Source: a virus
IMG/VR virus record: IMGVR_UViG_3300009009_000011
Span: 1 to 64,000 of that record
Direction: 5' to 3' (one strand)
DNA: 64,000 nt
Within the stretch, counting starts at the first letter, position 1. Every line of letters starts with the position of its first letter. Positions 1 through 10,344 of the stretch are shown one piece after another. Position numbers and translations under genes: made by a program. The notes below the pieces were generated by a model. The model had not been told where the DNA came from, ran no database searches, and worked only from the letters and a program-made list of their open reading frames with translations.

Positions 1-1
1 T

Positions 2-2719
2 CAAGAAGTTAAAAAAGGTAAGATGTCCTTAGATGAATTTGAAAAGCAATTCGGTACTATAGAAGAATATGTAGAGAAGGGTATGAAAGGGCAAAGTGCT
101 AAGGTAGATAAGGAAACTTTTAATCTGTTATATAAAGAATTAGAAATTGCTTCTAGAGATATTGGTGAGTTAACCAGATGGCTTGATAATATGTTAGATT
201 CATCTGATCCTGTTGCATCTGCATTAGTTTCGGCATTTATGACAGCAGAGGAATTATCTAGACTTTCAGCCATTGATAAAAAATACGAAATAGCAGATGC
301 CTTAGAAGAGTTAATGAAACATCGTAATAAGAAGGTGTTTTCATCTGAAGAGGGTTTCTATTCGTTTATGTTAGAACACGATGAAGAAGGTAAAACTACT
401 CAATATCTATTACGCCCTTATAAAAGTACATTTTGGGAAGATATAGAGAATATAAGGAAAGAGAACAAACTTAGTAGAACTAAAGAAGAAACTGCGGATG
501 TTGTAAAATCCTTTGCTAAAATGCATAGGGAATTTGATGATGATGCTTTTCGTGAAGGTCTACAAGACTTTCTTAATGAACTTAGAGTTAGTAAAATTAT
601 ATCTGTAAAAGAAATTCAGGGTATTCTAGAGTACATTGAGGGTCGATCCATGCTTCGTATAAACGATATTATACGTATGGAAGATCTTAATGATGAGGCA
701 AAAAATGCTATTGAGAACTGGTTTGGTAAAAATGTTAAATTGTTTTATATATATAGTGAAAAGTATAGTAATAAGGAATGGGATGATTTTATGAAGCTGT
801 GTGGTATAGATACAAAACAATCTCTATATGCTCAATATAAGGCTTTAAAAGATTCAAAAAATCCATATGCTATATTTTACACAAAGATAGAAGAGATAGC
901 AAATCAAGCTAATTATATGATACCAAATGGGTATCGTTTGTTTGATAGACTTCCAGGTGTTATAAAATTAAATAATGAACGTATTAAAGCCGGGCAAAAT
1001 CCTTTTACAATAGCCAAAAATAATTTTGATGTAGAATTTTTTGTACGTCCAGAAGATGTAGAACGTGGTAGTAAAGAAACAACTAATGAGTTTGGTAGGG
1101 TTAAATATTTTATACCTGTATATTATACAGCAAAAGTAGAACCAGAGAATCAATCTTATGATATTGCTGGTATATACTTTAAATTTTGGGAATCTGCAAA
1201 CGACTATCGTGCAAAACGTAACATATTACCAGAACTTGAAATGACTCGTTATTTTATTAATGAGCGTCGTGCATTAAAACGCAGTGTGTTTAAAGATGTA
1301 CTAAAAACATCTGGTAATACTGATGAGGACAAAGAACCTGTATATAAGGATAGAACTACATTAGCAGAGATGTTAAATGATTGGTTTGAGATGGCTTTGT
1401 ATGGCAAGTATACTAAGGATGAAAAGGCTTTAGTAAGACTTAGTGATAAAAAATCCATAGATATTATGAAGAGTGTAGACCTACTTAACAGGTACACTTC
1501 TTTAAACTTATTAGGTGGTAATATTGTACAAGGTTTTGCAAACGTTTTAATTGGTGAAATTATGCAAAGTATTGAGGTTATAGCACACGAATATGTATCT
1601 GCTAAATCTTATACTAAGGCGGCTGCTTTATATACACAATTTCTACCACAAGTATTAGGTGATGTAGGTCGCAATGTACCAAAAACACTACCGGGATTGT
1701 TATACCAAGAATTTAATGTATTAGATGAAGACATATCTGAAACAATGTTTACTACTAATACTGCTACTGGGAAATTTTTAAAGAATACATCTATATACTT
1801 TGTACAACATGCTGGTGAACATTGGCTACAGAATAGATTCCTGTTAGCTATGTTAATGGAAAAACACATGGTTGATTTAAATGGCAACGATGTGGGTACA
1901 TTGTTTAATCAATATGAAGTAGTCAATGGCAGACTTAAATTAAAACAAGAGTCTTCTATGTCTGCTGTTGATTATCAAAAATTTCTTGTAAAAAATAATT
2001 GGACAGCAAAAGATATACAAGCATTTAAACAAAAAATAAAAGGTGTTTTGTCTAGAATGCACGGTGAATATTCTGAATTGGGTAGAGTTGCTATTCAAAG
2101 AACAGCACTTGGTCGTATGGCTTATATGTTTAGGAAGTTTGTTGTACCTGGTTTCAGACGTAGATGGGGTCGTGAAATGTATATAGAACGAATTGGTCAG
2201 TATGTAGAAGGTAATTATATTAGTACAATAAAATTCTTTAGAAATTACTGGCGTGATTTGTTTGGCCTAAAATTTGCATTAATGTCAGAAAACTGGGCAG
2301 CTTTATCAGACCATGAAAAAGCTAATATTCGTAGAACTTTAGCAGAGGCTACGTTTGTTATAGGTGCTATTATTGCTGCATCAGCATTAGCTAAAGCAGG
2401 TGACGATGATGATGATGAATGGTTGATTTCATTTTTAGCTTATCAAAGTTATAGGTTGCGTGCAGAATTGTTATTTTTTACACCTAAAATTGATGAAGCC
2501 TGGTCTATATTACGATCACCAATGGCATCAATGGCAGTACTACAAAATTTGATAGACTTAGCTGGTCAGTTATCCCATCCTGCTGAATTATATGAACGAG
2601 GTCCTTGGAAAGGTCAATTAAAATTAAAGAAAATAATGTTTGACTTTATACCAATATATAAACAAATATATAAAGCACGAGATATAGAACAGCAAATTAG
2701 TTGGTTTAGGAATGATTAA
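2..2719 (+). CDS. C-terminal part of a giant virion-associated (cargo/ejected) protein of crAss-like phages; 5'-truncated
   Basis: The frame is open from base 2 (>898 aa). It is mostly helical, with a GRMAYMFRKF segment and a hydrophobic stretch near the C-terminus. It ends the + strand block at a convergent terminator, as the giant virion RNAP/cargo genes do in crAss-like phages. Confidence 0.6.
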   Translation, partial: QEVKKGKMSLDEFEKQFGTIEEYVEKGMKGQSAKVDKETFNLLYKELEIASRDIGELTRWLDNMLDSSDPVASALVSAFMTAEELSRLSAIDKKYEIADALEELMKHRNKKVFSSEEGFYSFMLEHDEEGKTTQYLLRPYKSTFWEDIENIRKENKLSRTKEETADVVKSFAKMHREFDDDAFREGLQDFLNELRVSKIISVKEIQGILEYIEGRSMLRINDIIRMEDLNDEAKNAIENWFGKNVKLFYIYSEKYSNKEWDDFMKLCGIDTKQSLYAQYKALKDSKNPYAIFYTKIEEIANQANYMIPNGYRLFDRLPGVIKLNNERIKAGQNPFTIAKNNFDVEFFVRPEDVERGSKETTNEFGRVKYFIPVYYTAKVEPENQSYDIAGIYFKFWESANDYRAKRNILPELEMTRYFINERRALKRSVFKDVLKTSGNTDEDKEPVYKDRTTLAEMLNDWFEMALYGKYTKDEKALVRLSDKKSIDIMKSVDLLNRYTSLNLLGGNIVQGFANVLIGEIMQSIEVIAHEYVSAKSYTKAAALYTQFLPQVLGDVGRNVPKTLPGLLYQEFNVLDEDISETMFTTNTATGKFLKNTSIYFVQHAGEHWLQNRFLLAMLMEKHMVDLNGNDVGTLFNQYEVVNGRLKLKQESSMSAVDYQKFLVKNNWTAKDIQAFKQKIKGVLSRMHGEYSELGRVAIQRTALGRMAYMFRKFVVPGFRRRWGREMYIERIGQYVEGNYISTIKFFRNYWRDLFGLKFALMSENWAALSDHEKANIRRTLAEATFVIGAIIAASALAKAGDDDDDEWLISFLAYQSYRLRAELLFFTPKIDEAWSILRSPMASMAVLQNLIDLAGQLSHPAELYERGPWKGQLKLKKIMFDFIPIYKQIYKARDIEQQISWFRND

Positions 2720-2732
2720 AAATGAAATGTCA

Positions 2733-2755
2733 AAGGGGGTCTTTTAGACCCCCTT
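2733..2755. terminator. Bidirectional intrinsic terminator between convergent gene blocks
   Basis: AAGGGGGTC-ttta-GACCCCCTT hairpin between a + gene stop (2719) and a - gene stop (2789). Confidence 0.8.
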
Positions 2756-2788
2756 CTTCATTTCCACTAATTCACTAGTTCACTACTA

Positions 2789-3811
2789 CTAGTTTCTTCG
2801 TCTTGGGTGCATCATTCCTTGGACAAGCATTGTCATTATTTCCTCACCCGCTTCTTTGGATTCTTCAAGCTTTACGGCTTTTTCTTTTTCAACTTCACTT
2901 TCTTCGGCTCTGTTATCTTTTGGAGTTTCAAATCCAATAACTTTCTTTTTCTTATCTTTACGTTCTTTGGACTTTTTAATATTTTCCAATAGTAATGGTG
3001 CATCTTTACCTGACTTTAATTCATATACTTTATTTCGTATAAGTACTGTTATAAAGTCTATTGATGGTTTAATGCCATATTCAATAAATTCTAAAGCTAA
3101 ATCTTCAGCCTTTATTTGGTCTCTGTATTTATCAGGTATAACAGATTCAATCATGGCTTTAATAATTTCAGTATCCTCTGTATCAAAGTTATATACTCTT
3201 TCAATCCTACCTATGCGGTTAATGATTGTTTCAGGTAATCTCTTAGTAGAGTTTACGGTTGCTATTAATACCATGTTGTTTCTGCTGTTAGTACCATCTA
3301 AGAAACTTAACATGTCAAGGTCGTCCCCTTTACTTTTTTCATATTCATCAATTAAGATTCCTATAAATCTGTCAGGGTCTTCAATTCTTATCATGTCAAT
3401 GACTTCGTGTAAGTCTGCAGCAGGTTCACCTTTACTCATAATACATATAGCATTCTTTTCTCTTACTAATACTTCCATTAACTGTCCTGCTAAATATGTC
3501 TTACCAGTACCAGGTCCACCGTTAAATATTAATGCTAATTTATGCATTAATCCTAAGTCAATTCTAGCCTCATGTGCTATAGGATCAATAAAGAAATTTA
3601 TATGTTCCCTTGCTTCTTTGAATACACCTGTGTTTATTTCTTTACCTGATTTGTATCTGTTGTTTAACTCCAGGAATACATGAGTCCCAGACCATGGTGA
3701 TCTTTCAACTTTTATATTATATACACCTGCCTCTAATGTAGATTTTACATCTGCAGATTTCCTTGGTACAACCTCGTATTTGTTAATTTTATCTTCTTGT
3801 ACTAAAAACAT
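2789..3811 (-). CDS. AAA+ ATPase
   Basis: Walker A GGPGTGKT, Walker B ILIDE, sensor-1 ATVN and arginine finger NRIGRIE. Confidence 0.85.
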   Translation of the reverse strand: MFLVQEDKINKYEVVPRKSADVKSTLEAGVYNIKVERSPWSGTHVFLELNNRYKSGKEINTGVFKEAREHINFFIDPIAHEARIDLGLMHKLALIFNGGPGTGKTYLAGQLMEVLVREKNAICIMSKGEPAADLHEVIDMIRIEDPDRFIGILIDEYEKSKGDDLDMLSFLDGTNSRNNMVLIATVNSTKRLPETIINRIGRIERVYNFDTEDTEIIKAMIESVIPDKYRDQIKAEDLALEFIEYGIKPSIDFITVLIRNKVYELKSGKDAPLLLENIKKSKERKDKKKKVIGFETPKDNRAEESEVEKEKAVKLEESKEAGEEIMTMLVQGMMHPRRRN

Positions 3812-3830
3812 ATGATTTATGATTAAAATT

Positions 3831-3852
3831 GGGGGTATTGTTACATACCCCC
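3831..3852 (-). terminator. Hairpin, probable terminator
   Basis: GGGGGTA...TACCCCC inverted repeat in an intergenic gap. Confidence 0.55.
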
Positions 3853-3958
3853 TGTTTTACTTATTTTAAAGCGATTTAAGACACTTTCTTTTTCAAGCAT
3901 ATGGAAATATACCTAAGTTACAGATCGTGTCTCTAAACGCATGTAAATGGCCTCTACG

Positions 3959-4834
3959 TTAATCATTGCTACATTTAACATCAATGCCATCATAATTAGT
4001 GTATGTATATACATAACCTTTAAGCCTTCTCCAATAACTATTTCTAGTATTTTCGAGTTTATTAGTTAATTCATTAGCCTTAAGTACTTCTATAATAGCT
4101 TCTTTCCTTGCAGCTCTTTCAACGAATAACTTACGGAATAACTTACGCCAGAAACCTAACTTTTCAGCTTCAGCTAACTTAGTTACAAGCAATTCATTTG
4201 CAGCTTTTAACTTTTCAACTTCTTCTAAACGTTTAGCTTCTAATTCGGCCTCAGTCTTATTCTTCTTAATCTTATTCATCTCTTCTCTAAGTTCCTGAAT
4301 TTCTTCTTTATACTTATTGATTCGATCAAGATTCTTTGACTGAAGATCTTCTATCTCATTAGAATGACGTTTGTCTTTACGTTTTGCTTCGTTTTCTAGA
4401 GTTTCAATCTTAATCTCAAGATCAAGTTGTAAATCTTCTAAACTTGCAATAGACTTTTTAGTCTGTTTTTCAACATCTTTCCTGATGTTTGCTAATTCAG
4501 AATCAAGGTTCTTGTAAATAGGCTTTCCTGATTTAGTTCTCTTACTTAAAAACTGACCACAATGAGGACAATAAGAACTAGTAGTATTTCCAGTATAGCC
4601 ACAGTTACTACAGTATTTTTCAGTAATTTGTTCTGTACTGCCAACTATAACCTTTTGCTGATCTTTAGCAAGTTCTAATTCTCTTTCGAGTTCGTGTACT
4701 TTAGACTTAAGCACTTCATCTTTGGAGCCTATAGAGATTTGTAGATTTGCAATCTTCTCTGTCAGAGTTAATATCTGATCGTTAAGTCTTTTTAATTCTT
4801 GATCTTTCTGAATAAGGATGTCTGTTTTGTTCAT
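3959..4834 (-). CDS. Coiled-coil protein with zinc-ribbon insertion
   Basis: Heptad-rich K/E/L sequence containing CSNCG-x10-CPHCG. Confidence 0.7.
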   Translation of the reverse strand: MNKTDILIQKDQELKRLNDQILTLTEKIANLQISIGSKDEVLKSKVHELERELELAKDQQKVIVGSTEQITEKYCSNCGYTGNTTSSYCPHCGQFLSKRTKSGKPIYKNLDSELANIRKDVEKQTKKSIASLEDLQLDLEIKIETLENEAKRKDKRHSNEIEDLQSKNLDRINKYKEEIQELREEMNKIKKNKTEAELEAKRLEEVEKLKAANELLVTKLAEAEKLGFWRKLFRKLFVERAARKEAIIEVLKANELTNKLENTRNSYWRRLKGYVYTYTNYDGIDVKCSND

Positions 4835-5070
4835 TCTTCAATTTGTTTTATAAATTCGCTAATATTAATCTGGCTCTCTATTGCACTAACCAGTTCATCA
4901 AATGTGTGATTATCATCAGGTAACACACAGAGACGTGCTGAGATCTCTTCGTTTAACTTTGCTTTTACTTTAATAAGTAACTCACTATTGTTATTAAATT
5001 TGGCAATGTTATTTCTTAATACTTTACTTATAATGTAATTAGTTAATTTTTCCACTTTATATATCTTCAT
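4831..5070 (-). CDS. Hypothetical protein
   Basis: 79-aa ORF with an ATGA overlap to the next gene. Confidence 0.6.
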   Translation of the reverse strand: MKIYKVEKLTNYIISKVLRNNIAKFNNNSELLIKVKAKLNEEISARLCVLPDDNHTFDELVSAIESQINISEFIKQIEE

Positions 5071-5082
5071 ATATTAAAAGTT

Positions 5083-5103
5083 AAGGGGGCATATAGCCCC
5101 CTT
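5083..5103 (-). terminator. Hairpin, probable terminator
   Basis: AAGGGGGC-atata-GCCCCCTT. Confidence 0.65.
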
Positions 5104-5106
5104 TTA

Positions 5107-5610
5107 TTATCGTATACCATATATTAATTCTATATAGAATGGTTTTATATAGTATTCTTCTGCATGGTCTATTGTATATTTATTAGCATAGTATTCGTTT
5201 GCAGTAAACACTTTGTGTTTATCTTTAAATAATATGCCAAATAAAATGCTGTCTTTATCAGCAGACCAGAAATATAATAATTTTCTTTTATACTTCTCTG
5301 ACAGTTTAGAATACTTACCATTAATAATTAAATATAGGTCGTCTTTATACTCTTTTGGTATTTCAAATATGTACAGTGCAGAGTTATCTGTGTAACGTAT
5401 GTTCTTTATAAACAACCCTTCTGTACATAAATTTAAGTCAAAATTATCTTTGACTTCAAATATTATTTTATTATCATATTCTGGTTTATCAAAGATAGAC
5501 AAATACGTATTGTGAATATTAGGGAATGTGTCTGAATGTTTTATATTATCTTTAAATACCATCGGCGCAATAAAATTTATTGTTGTGCTAAAAGTATCTA
5601 AGTAGTTCAT
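5107..5610 (-). CDS. Hypothetical phage protein
   Basis: 167-aa ORF tightly packed in the operon; GKYSKLS motif. Confidence 0.65.
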   Translation of the reverse strand: MNYLDTFSTTINFIAPMVFKDNIKHSDTFPNIHNTYLSIFDKPEYDNKIIFEVKDNFDLNLCTEGLFIKNIRYTDNSALYIFEIPKEYKDDLYLIINGKYSKLSEKYKRKLLYFWSADKDSILFGILFKDKHKVFTANEYYANKYTIDHAEEYYIKPFYIELIYGIR

Positions 5611-5611
5611 T

Positions 5612-6586
5612 TTATAATTCTTCAGTGCCTACACCATCATAATAAACCTGTGGGTAATCCCATAAGTTATTATCAAAGTGCCATTTTAATTGTTTCATAG
5701 TTAGTTCTATTTCGTCTAAACCTCTATTAAGTGTAATTTCCTTTATGGTATACACTTTAATTTCAGTTGGCTCTTTCATATTTATGGCCACTATATAAGT
5801 TTCTTTTTTGTAATCATCAAATCCTTCGATTTTTGTTTCTTTAAAATACCACTTAACAGCTAACCAATAGTAAGCCATTTGACGAAAATATTTATATTCA
5901 AAGAATTTATCCTTGAATTCTCCAAAAGAATTAGTAGTTTTTAAATCAATTATTTTAATTGTTTTACTATTATGATCTATTATAATTCTATCTAATAATG
6001 ATTTACATTCAATTCCATTAGGGTATGTCCAATATATTGGGAATTCATTTTTAATAATTAAATTTTCATCATTATTAAATATGTTTTGTTTATCATTATA
6101 TAATAAATCTCTTACTGTTTTATGTTCCATTAACTTAATTTTTATATCACTAAGTTTATTTTCCATATTTTTAGATAAAACAGTTTTAATAGTAGATATT
6201 TTTATTGATTTTATATAGTTTTTAAATTGATTTGCAAGTTTTTCTGCTTTTTCAAGCAGTACCTCATCCTTTTCTTTACTAACATATACATCTTTATATG
6301 CTCTTAATAGTAAATCTGGTTTAAGTTTATTTTTATATCTTGCTACATGATCACAAAAGTCTTTTTGTTGTTGACTTTTTGGTGCTTCATAGTCTAAAAA
6401 CGTATAATTTTTATTAAATTCTTCTGGTTCTAATATAAAACAATGTACTATTTCACCTTTTTCGTATATAAATTTGTTATCTTCCTCTATCTCCTTATCA
6501 AACATAAGTTTGAAGTACTTAGGAGATATTTGAAACCATGATAATGATGAATTACTAACCCGTTTTATATCGTAATATTCTTTCAT
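5612..6586 (-). CDS. PD-(D/E)XK exonuclease (RecE/ExoVIII-like)
   Basis: SNSSL N-terminus, GEIVH, KSLLDR...IIDLKT and YFRQMAYY motifs. Confidence 0.85.
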   Translation of the reverse strand: MKEYYDIKRVSNSSLSWFQISPKYFKLMFDKEIEEDNKFIYEKGEIVHCFILEPEEFNKNYTFLDYEAPKSQQQKDFCDHVARYKNKLKPDLLLRAYKDVYVSKEKDEVLLEKAEKLANQFKNYIKSIKISTIKTVLSKNMENKLSDIKIKLMEHKTVRDLLYNDKQNIFNNDENLIIKNEFPIYWTYPNGIECKSLLDRIIIDHNSKTIKIIDLKTTNSFGEFKDKFFEYKYFRQMAYYWLAVKWYFKETKIEGFDDYKKETYIVAINMKEPTEIKVYTIKEITLNRGLDEIELTMKQLKWHFDNNLWDYPQVYYDGVGTEEL

Positions 6587-6587
6587 A

Positions 6588-6749
6588 TTACATTATAATC
6601 CTATTAACATCCTTTTTTTGGAAAAAATGATATTCGTTGTTCTGGGATAATAATTCATACATTTGTAATTCTTCGTTAAAATCAAATGATTTTACATTGA
6701 AGAAGTCTAAAGAATCGTCAATTGTGTCGATTGCTATATGATTATACAT
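6588..6749 (-). CDS. Small hypothetical protein (53 aa, not in ORF track)
   Basis: MYNHIAIDTIDD...NRIIM fills the gap and overlaps the upstream stop. Confidence 0.5.
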   Translation of the reverse strand: MYNHIAIDTIDDSLDFFNVKSFDFNEELQMYELLSQNNEYHFFQKKDVNRIIM

Positions 6750-7200
6750 CGTATTTAGATTTTATTATTTGTACTACTTCGTCTATATGCTTTTGATTTC
6801 TAGGCATAAATACATCTGCATTAATATTTTTAGTTGTTAAATAGTATTTAAACAACTTCCACCTTAACGGAAATGCATCATTTGGATTACCCTTGGTTTC
6901 AATTATAAATAATTGACCGCTTGGGTAAGCGCCTACAAAATCTGGGGTATATGTCATACCCTTTATTAAAGCATTAGTTAGCTCGAATTTTTTGTAGTTC
7001 TTTCGTTTTATTAATTCATAACATTTGTTTTTGAATACAAAAGATTCTAATAAATCAAATTTAACAGAATTATAGGTAAAATTTATTGATAATTCTTGTA
7101 GTCTTTTATAGCAATATAATTCTAATTTGCTTTTAAAAGTTATACCCTTATATTCAAGAGGTGTAGCATTACGAACTTTTTTATTTTTACTCTTGTTCAT
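6742..7200 (-). CDS. DUF1064/endonuclease I-like nuclease (putative Holliday junction resolvase)
   Basis: GITFKSKLE, YTPDF and IIETKG motifs. Confidence 0.8.
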   Translation of the reverse strand: MNKSKNKKVRNATPLEYKGITFKSKLELYCYKRLQELSINFTYNSVKFDLLESFVFKNKCYELIKRKNYKKFELTNALIKGMTYTPDFVGAYPSGQLFIIETKGNPNDAFPLRWKLFKYYLTTKNINADVFMPRNQKHIDEVVQIIKSKYDV

Positions 7201-8173
7201 CTAACAACTCTTTTAACATTTCCAAAGCAGTTTCTTTATCAAACTCTTTGACAAAATCGCTTATATCTTTTATTTGATATAAGTCAAGGTATTTTTTAGG
7301 TATAAACTTTATATTTAATGAATGTTTTTCTGATAATTTTTTTGCACCTTGTATACCACCATCATCATAATCAAATAATATGATTATGTTTTTAAACCTT
7401 ATTTTTAGATGGTCTATTATTATTTGAGGTATACCAGACAATTCGCTTTGTGGGGCGATGGCATTAAATCCAAGTGTTTTTAGTACTATGACATCTTTTA
7501 AAGACTTTGTTATGATCAAAAGATCTCCTGTACCTTCTAATTGTTCTAAACCTTGTATATCATAAGTTGAACAATTGTTTCGCCATTTTTCTAGTTTTCT
7601 AGAAAATGGCCTATATATCTTGAATTTATTGTATATACTATAAGCATACATTGGTTCCTTGTCTGTGTAAGTAAATGATTGATTACCATTTACCCAAAAT
7701 GTGTGTATAGGAAATATTTTATATTCTTTTAATAAGTCTTTTGATATACCATATTTTGACCAGTATTGTATATCTTTGTCTGTAAAATTTTTCCTTTTAA
7801 CTTCTATTATATTCTCTTTATTTGTTCGGACTTCTATGTTCTTGATTGTACGCCTTAACGATACTGGCTTTTTTATAACTACATCCTGCCATACTTTTTT
7901 TAAAGCTTGCCCATAATTTAACTCATATAGCTTCTGTACTAAATTTATTATATTACCTGACTCCCCTGTCGCAAAGTCACGATATTTTAATATACCGTTC
8001 TTACTTCTATACAGGGACCAAGAAGGATGCTTGTCCTTACGTAAAGGAGAACTAATAGGCTTGTTTATTTTTACCTCTTTATCTAAGTAATAACAATAGA
8101 TATAATAATCATCTATAATTGATAATATTTTATCAAATGTGATGTTATTTTCTACTTCTCTAGTGTTATACAT
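7187..8173 (-). CDS. DNA primase (DnaG-like, TOPRIM)
   Basis: SPLRKDKHPS...DFATG (Cys-less zinc-finger-like domain) and TOPRIM motifs ITKSLKDV, FDYDDGG and KDISD. Confidence 0.9.
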   Translation of the reverse strand: MYNTREVENNITFDKILSIIDDYYIYCYYLDKEVKINKPISSPLRKDKHPSWSLYRSKNGILKYRDFATGESGNIINLVQKLYELNYGQALKKVWQDVVIKKPVSLRRTIKNIEVRTNKENIIEVKRKNFTDKDIQYWSKYGISKDLLKEYKIFPIHTFWVNGNQSFTYTDKEPMYAYSIYNKFKIYRPFSRKLEKWRNNCSTYDIQGLEQLEGTGDLLIITKSLKDVIVLKTLGFNAIAPQSELSGIPQIIIDHLKIRFKNIIILFDYDDGGIQGAKKLSEKHSLNIKFIPKKYLDLYQIKDISDFVKEFDKETALEMLKELLDEQE

Positions 8174-8186
8174 TTTAGTGTAATAA

Positions 8187-8213
8187 AAGGGGCCGAGTAT
8201 TAGTCAGCCCCTT
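8187..8213 (-). terminator. Hairpin, probable terminator
   Basis: AAGGGGC...GCCCCTT with an A-tract on the + side, which is a U-tract on the - strand. Confidence 0.65.
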
Positions 8214-8221
8214 GAGATATA

Positions 8222-8800
8222 TTAGAAAGGTAATTCGTTTTCGTCTTCTGGTTCCACATCAGAGATATCTACTTTAAAAGGATTTTCAGTGGTAGGAACT
8301 CTGTCGGGAATGTCTTTCTTCATTTTATCAATTGATAAAATTTCAAGACCTGATTTTTCTACGTCCATGCGTTCAATAAAAGGAACATATTTTGGTAGAG
8401 CGGTAAAGTTCTTATTTGAATAAACAACTTTTATTCTAACTTTCTTACCTTCAAACTTGCCTTTTAATAGGCTAATTACTTTCTGGCAAAACTCTTCAAA
8501 AGTTTTAACATCTATTGTGAAGTCATCTTCTGATATGAATTTTGTTGCAATATGCTTAAGTCTTTTAATCTGATTAAGCTTTTTGTTTTCTAGAATATTA
8601 CCATCCCTGTCCTTGGGTTCATATTCTGTGTGAGTTAATAGTTTACCTTCTTTTTCAAAAGTAAGTACTAAAAACGGATTGTTATTTGGACTAATTTTAT
8701 ATTCTATAGATTTTAGTTCAACGTTGTCATGAATCCCTACATCTAAGAAATTTGCCTGTCTTGCTTCTGAATTGACAGACTTGTTTACAATATATGACAT
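8222..8800 (-). CDS. Putative single-stranded DNA-binding protein
   Basis: Beta-rich core and an acidic tail ending DENELPF; adjacent to the Sak4-like ATPase. Confidence 0.65.
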   Translation of the reverse strand: MSYIVNKSVNSEARQANFLDVGIHDNVELKSIEYKISPNNNPFLVLTFEKEGKLLTHTEYEPKDRDGNILENKKLNQIKRLKHIATKFISEDDFTIDVKTFEEFCQKVISLLKGKFEGKKVRIKVVYSNKNFTALPKYVPFIERMDVEKSGLEILSIDKMKKDIPDRVPTTENPFKVDISDVEPEDENELPF

Positions 8801-8801
8801 A

Positions 8802-9461
8802 TTATACTCCTGAATTATTTAATATTTTGTTTACTTTGGCAATAAATAACGAATAATCGTTCTCCATTTTCTCTTGACTTTCATCATCAAGAAACATGGG
8901 TGGTGTTTTTGCAGAACTCTTTCCATCAGAGTTAAGTGTAATAAAATAATTACGCTTTTTATCTACAACGTTCATATCTGCATAATGTACTACAGTAAAG
9001 TCTTTCTCAACAAAACCTTTCCACTCTTTACCTTTTACCATGATACGTTTTTCAATAGCACCTTCATCTGTTTCAACCCATTCATAATGGGCTGTTACAA
9101 CAAGATGTTTATTATAATTCTTTACTACGTATAACAGTTTACCGATTTCTTCATTATAAAAATTCCAGACATCAAAACCTCGTTTTGTGTCTCTGGCTGT
9201 CTTTAAAACACTGTCAAGATAAGCCGAAAAACTATCTAGTATTACGACTTTTATCTCCTTGTTTTTTGCATATTCGATAAGTTTCTGATAACATTCTTGC
9301 CAACTTGTAGGAGCACTATAGTGTTTGAAGCGATTAATAAATGGCAACGGTTTATTTTCCATATTTACGAAACCTGTTGTATCAGGGTCCATATTTCTAA
9401 ATGCCATTGTCTTACCTCGCCCAGACATACCAACTAATGCAAATTGATATGCTGTGGTCAT
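8802..9461 (-). CDS. AAA_24 / Sak4-like ssDNA-annealing ATPase
   Basis: GMSGRGKT, VILDSFS, VTAH and SAKTPP motifs. Confidence 0.85.
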   Translation of the reverse strand: MTTAYQFALVGMSGRGKTMAFRNMDPDTTGFVNMENKPLPFINRFKHYSAPTSWQECYQKLIEYAKNKEIKVVILDSFSAYLDSVLKTARDTKRGFDVWNFYNEEIGKLLYVVKNYNKHLVVTAHYEWVETDEGAIEKRIMVKGKEWKGFVEKDFTVVHYADMNVVDKKRNYFITLNSDGKSSAKTPPMFLDDESQEKMENDYSLFIAKVNKILNNSGV

Positions 9462-9491
9462 TCTTTTTTTACTTATTAAAATTTATTAATA

Positions 9492-9620
9492 AGTTGTAAC
9501 ACACCGAACTACTAACTGATATTGCTCTTGGGTTTCCTTGCGGAACCTCAGTGGTATCGGTGTTCTTTTGGACGGAACTTTGATTATAATTCGCACCTGC
9601 GATAACTGTGTGTTACAACT
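9492..9620 (-). ncRNA. Candidate structured RNA element (multibranch, 13-bp closing stem)
   Basis: Perfect inverted repeat AGTTGTAACACAC/GTGTGTTACAACT enclosing internal hairpins, including GGTTCC-GCAA-GGAAACC on the - strand. Confidence 0.45.
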
Positions 9621-9639
9621 CATTTGTTTACTAAACTAT

Positions 9640-10329
9640 TTATTTAGTCAGATACTTACGTCCCCAACGGTCTTCCTTAACAAAGTATTTGTTTCCGCCA
9701 ATGTAAACAAATTCATTACCAAAGAAATCGACATAAATATCATATTGGTTGTAACCAACTTTTACCCAGTTATCAAAGATAGTTACCTTCTCTTCACATA
9801 CATCATTTAAGAGTATGGCTAAAGGCACATAACTTTTTGGGTGCTTTTTCGACACAGTAACATCAACGTTAATTTCAGTTACTCGTGGCTCATCTTCATC
9901 ATCAACGGCGATGTATCTTTCGTCGTTTGCAGCAACGTATTTTCCTAACCTTTTTAAAATCTTGTCAAAATCGTTAATAAGATCATACGCTTTAAACTGG
10001 CGTCCATCTAAATGATCAAGGTTGTCAACGTTAGTTTCAACTCTATAATCATAGTCAATAGTTCCATTGCAATCACCAAATACTATAAGGTCTCCCTTAT
10101 AAATATTCTTCAAACTCCTCTTGCGAAGAATCTTAGGTTGCTCGCTTAAACCGAACCTGTTAATTTCTTTTGTAAGTCTCCTTACATAGAAACCATCATT
10201 ATTATCACTGTTTAATACAACAAATGATTTTTCTTTCTTAACTTTTTTGCTCTTGTTATTTGAACTTAAACAAGGAATTATACGCTCAACTGCGTTTGAT
10301 AAATTTGATAATTTTAAATAATTTTTCAT
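9640..10329 (-). CDS. Hypothetical protein
   Basis: 229-aa ORF within the replication operon. Confidence 0.7.
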   Translation of the reverse strand: MKNYLKLSNLSNAVERIIPCLSSNNKSKKVKKEKSFVVLNSDNNDGFYVRRLTKEINRFGLSEQPKILRKRSLKNIYKGDLIVFGDCNGTIDYDYRVETNVDNLDHLDGRQFKAYDLINDFDKILKRLGKYVAANDERYIAVDDEDEPRVTEINVDVTVSKKHPKSYVPLAILLNDVCEEKVTIFDNWVKVGYNQYDIYVDFFGNEFVYIGGNKYFVKEDRWGRKYLTK

Positions 10330-10344
10330 GTGATACCTTTCTTT

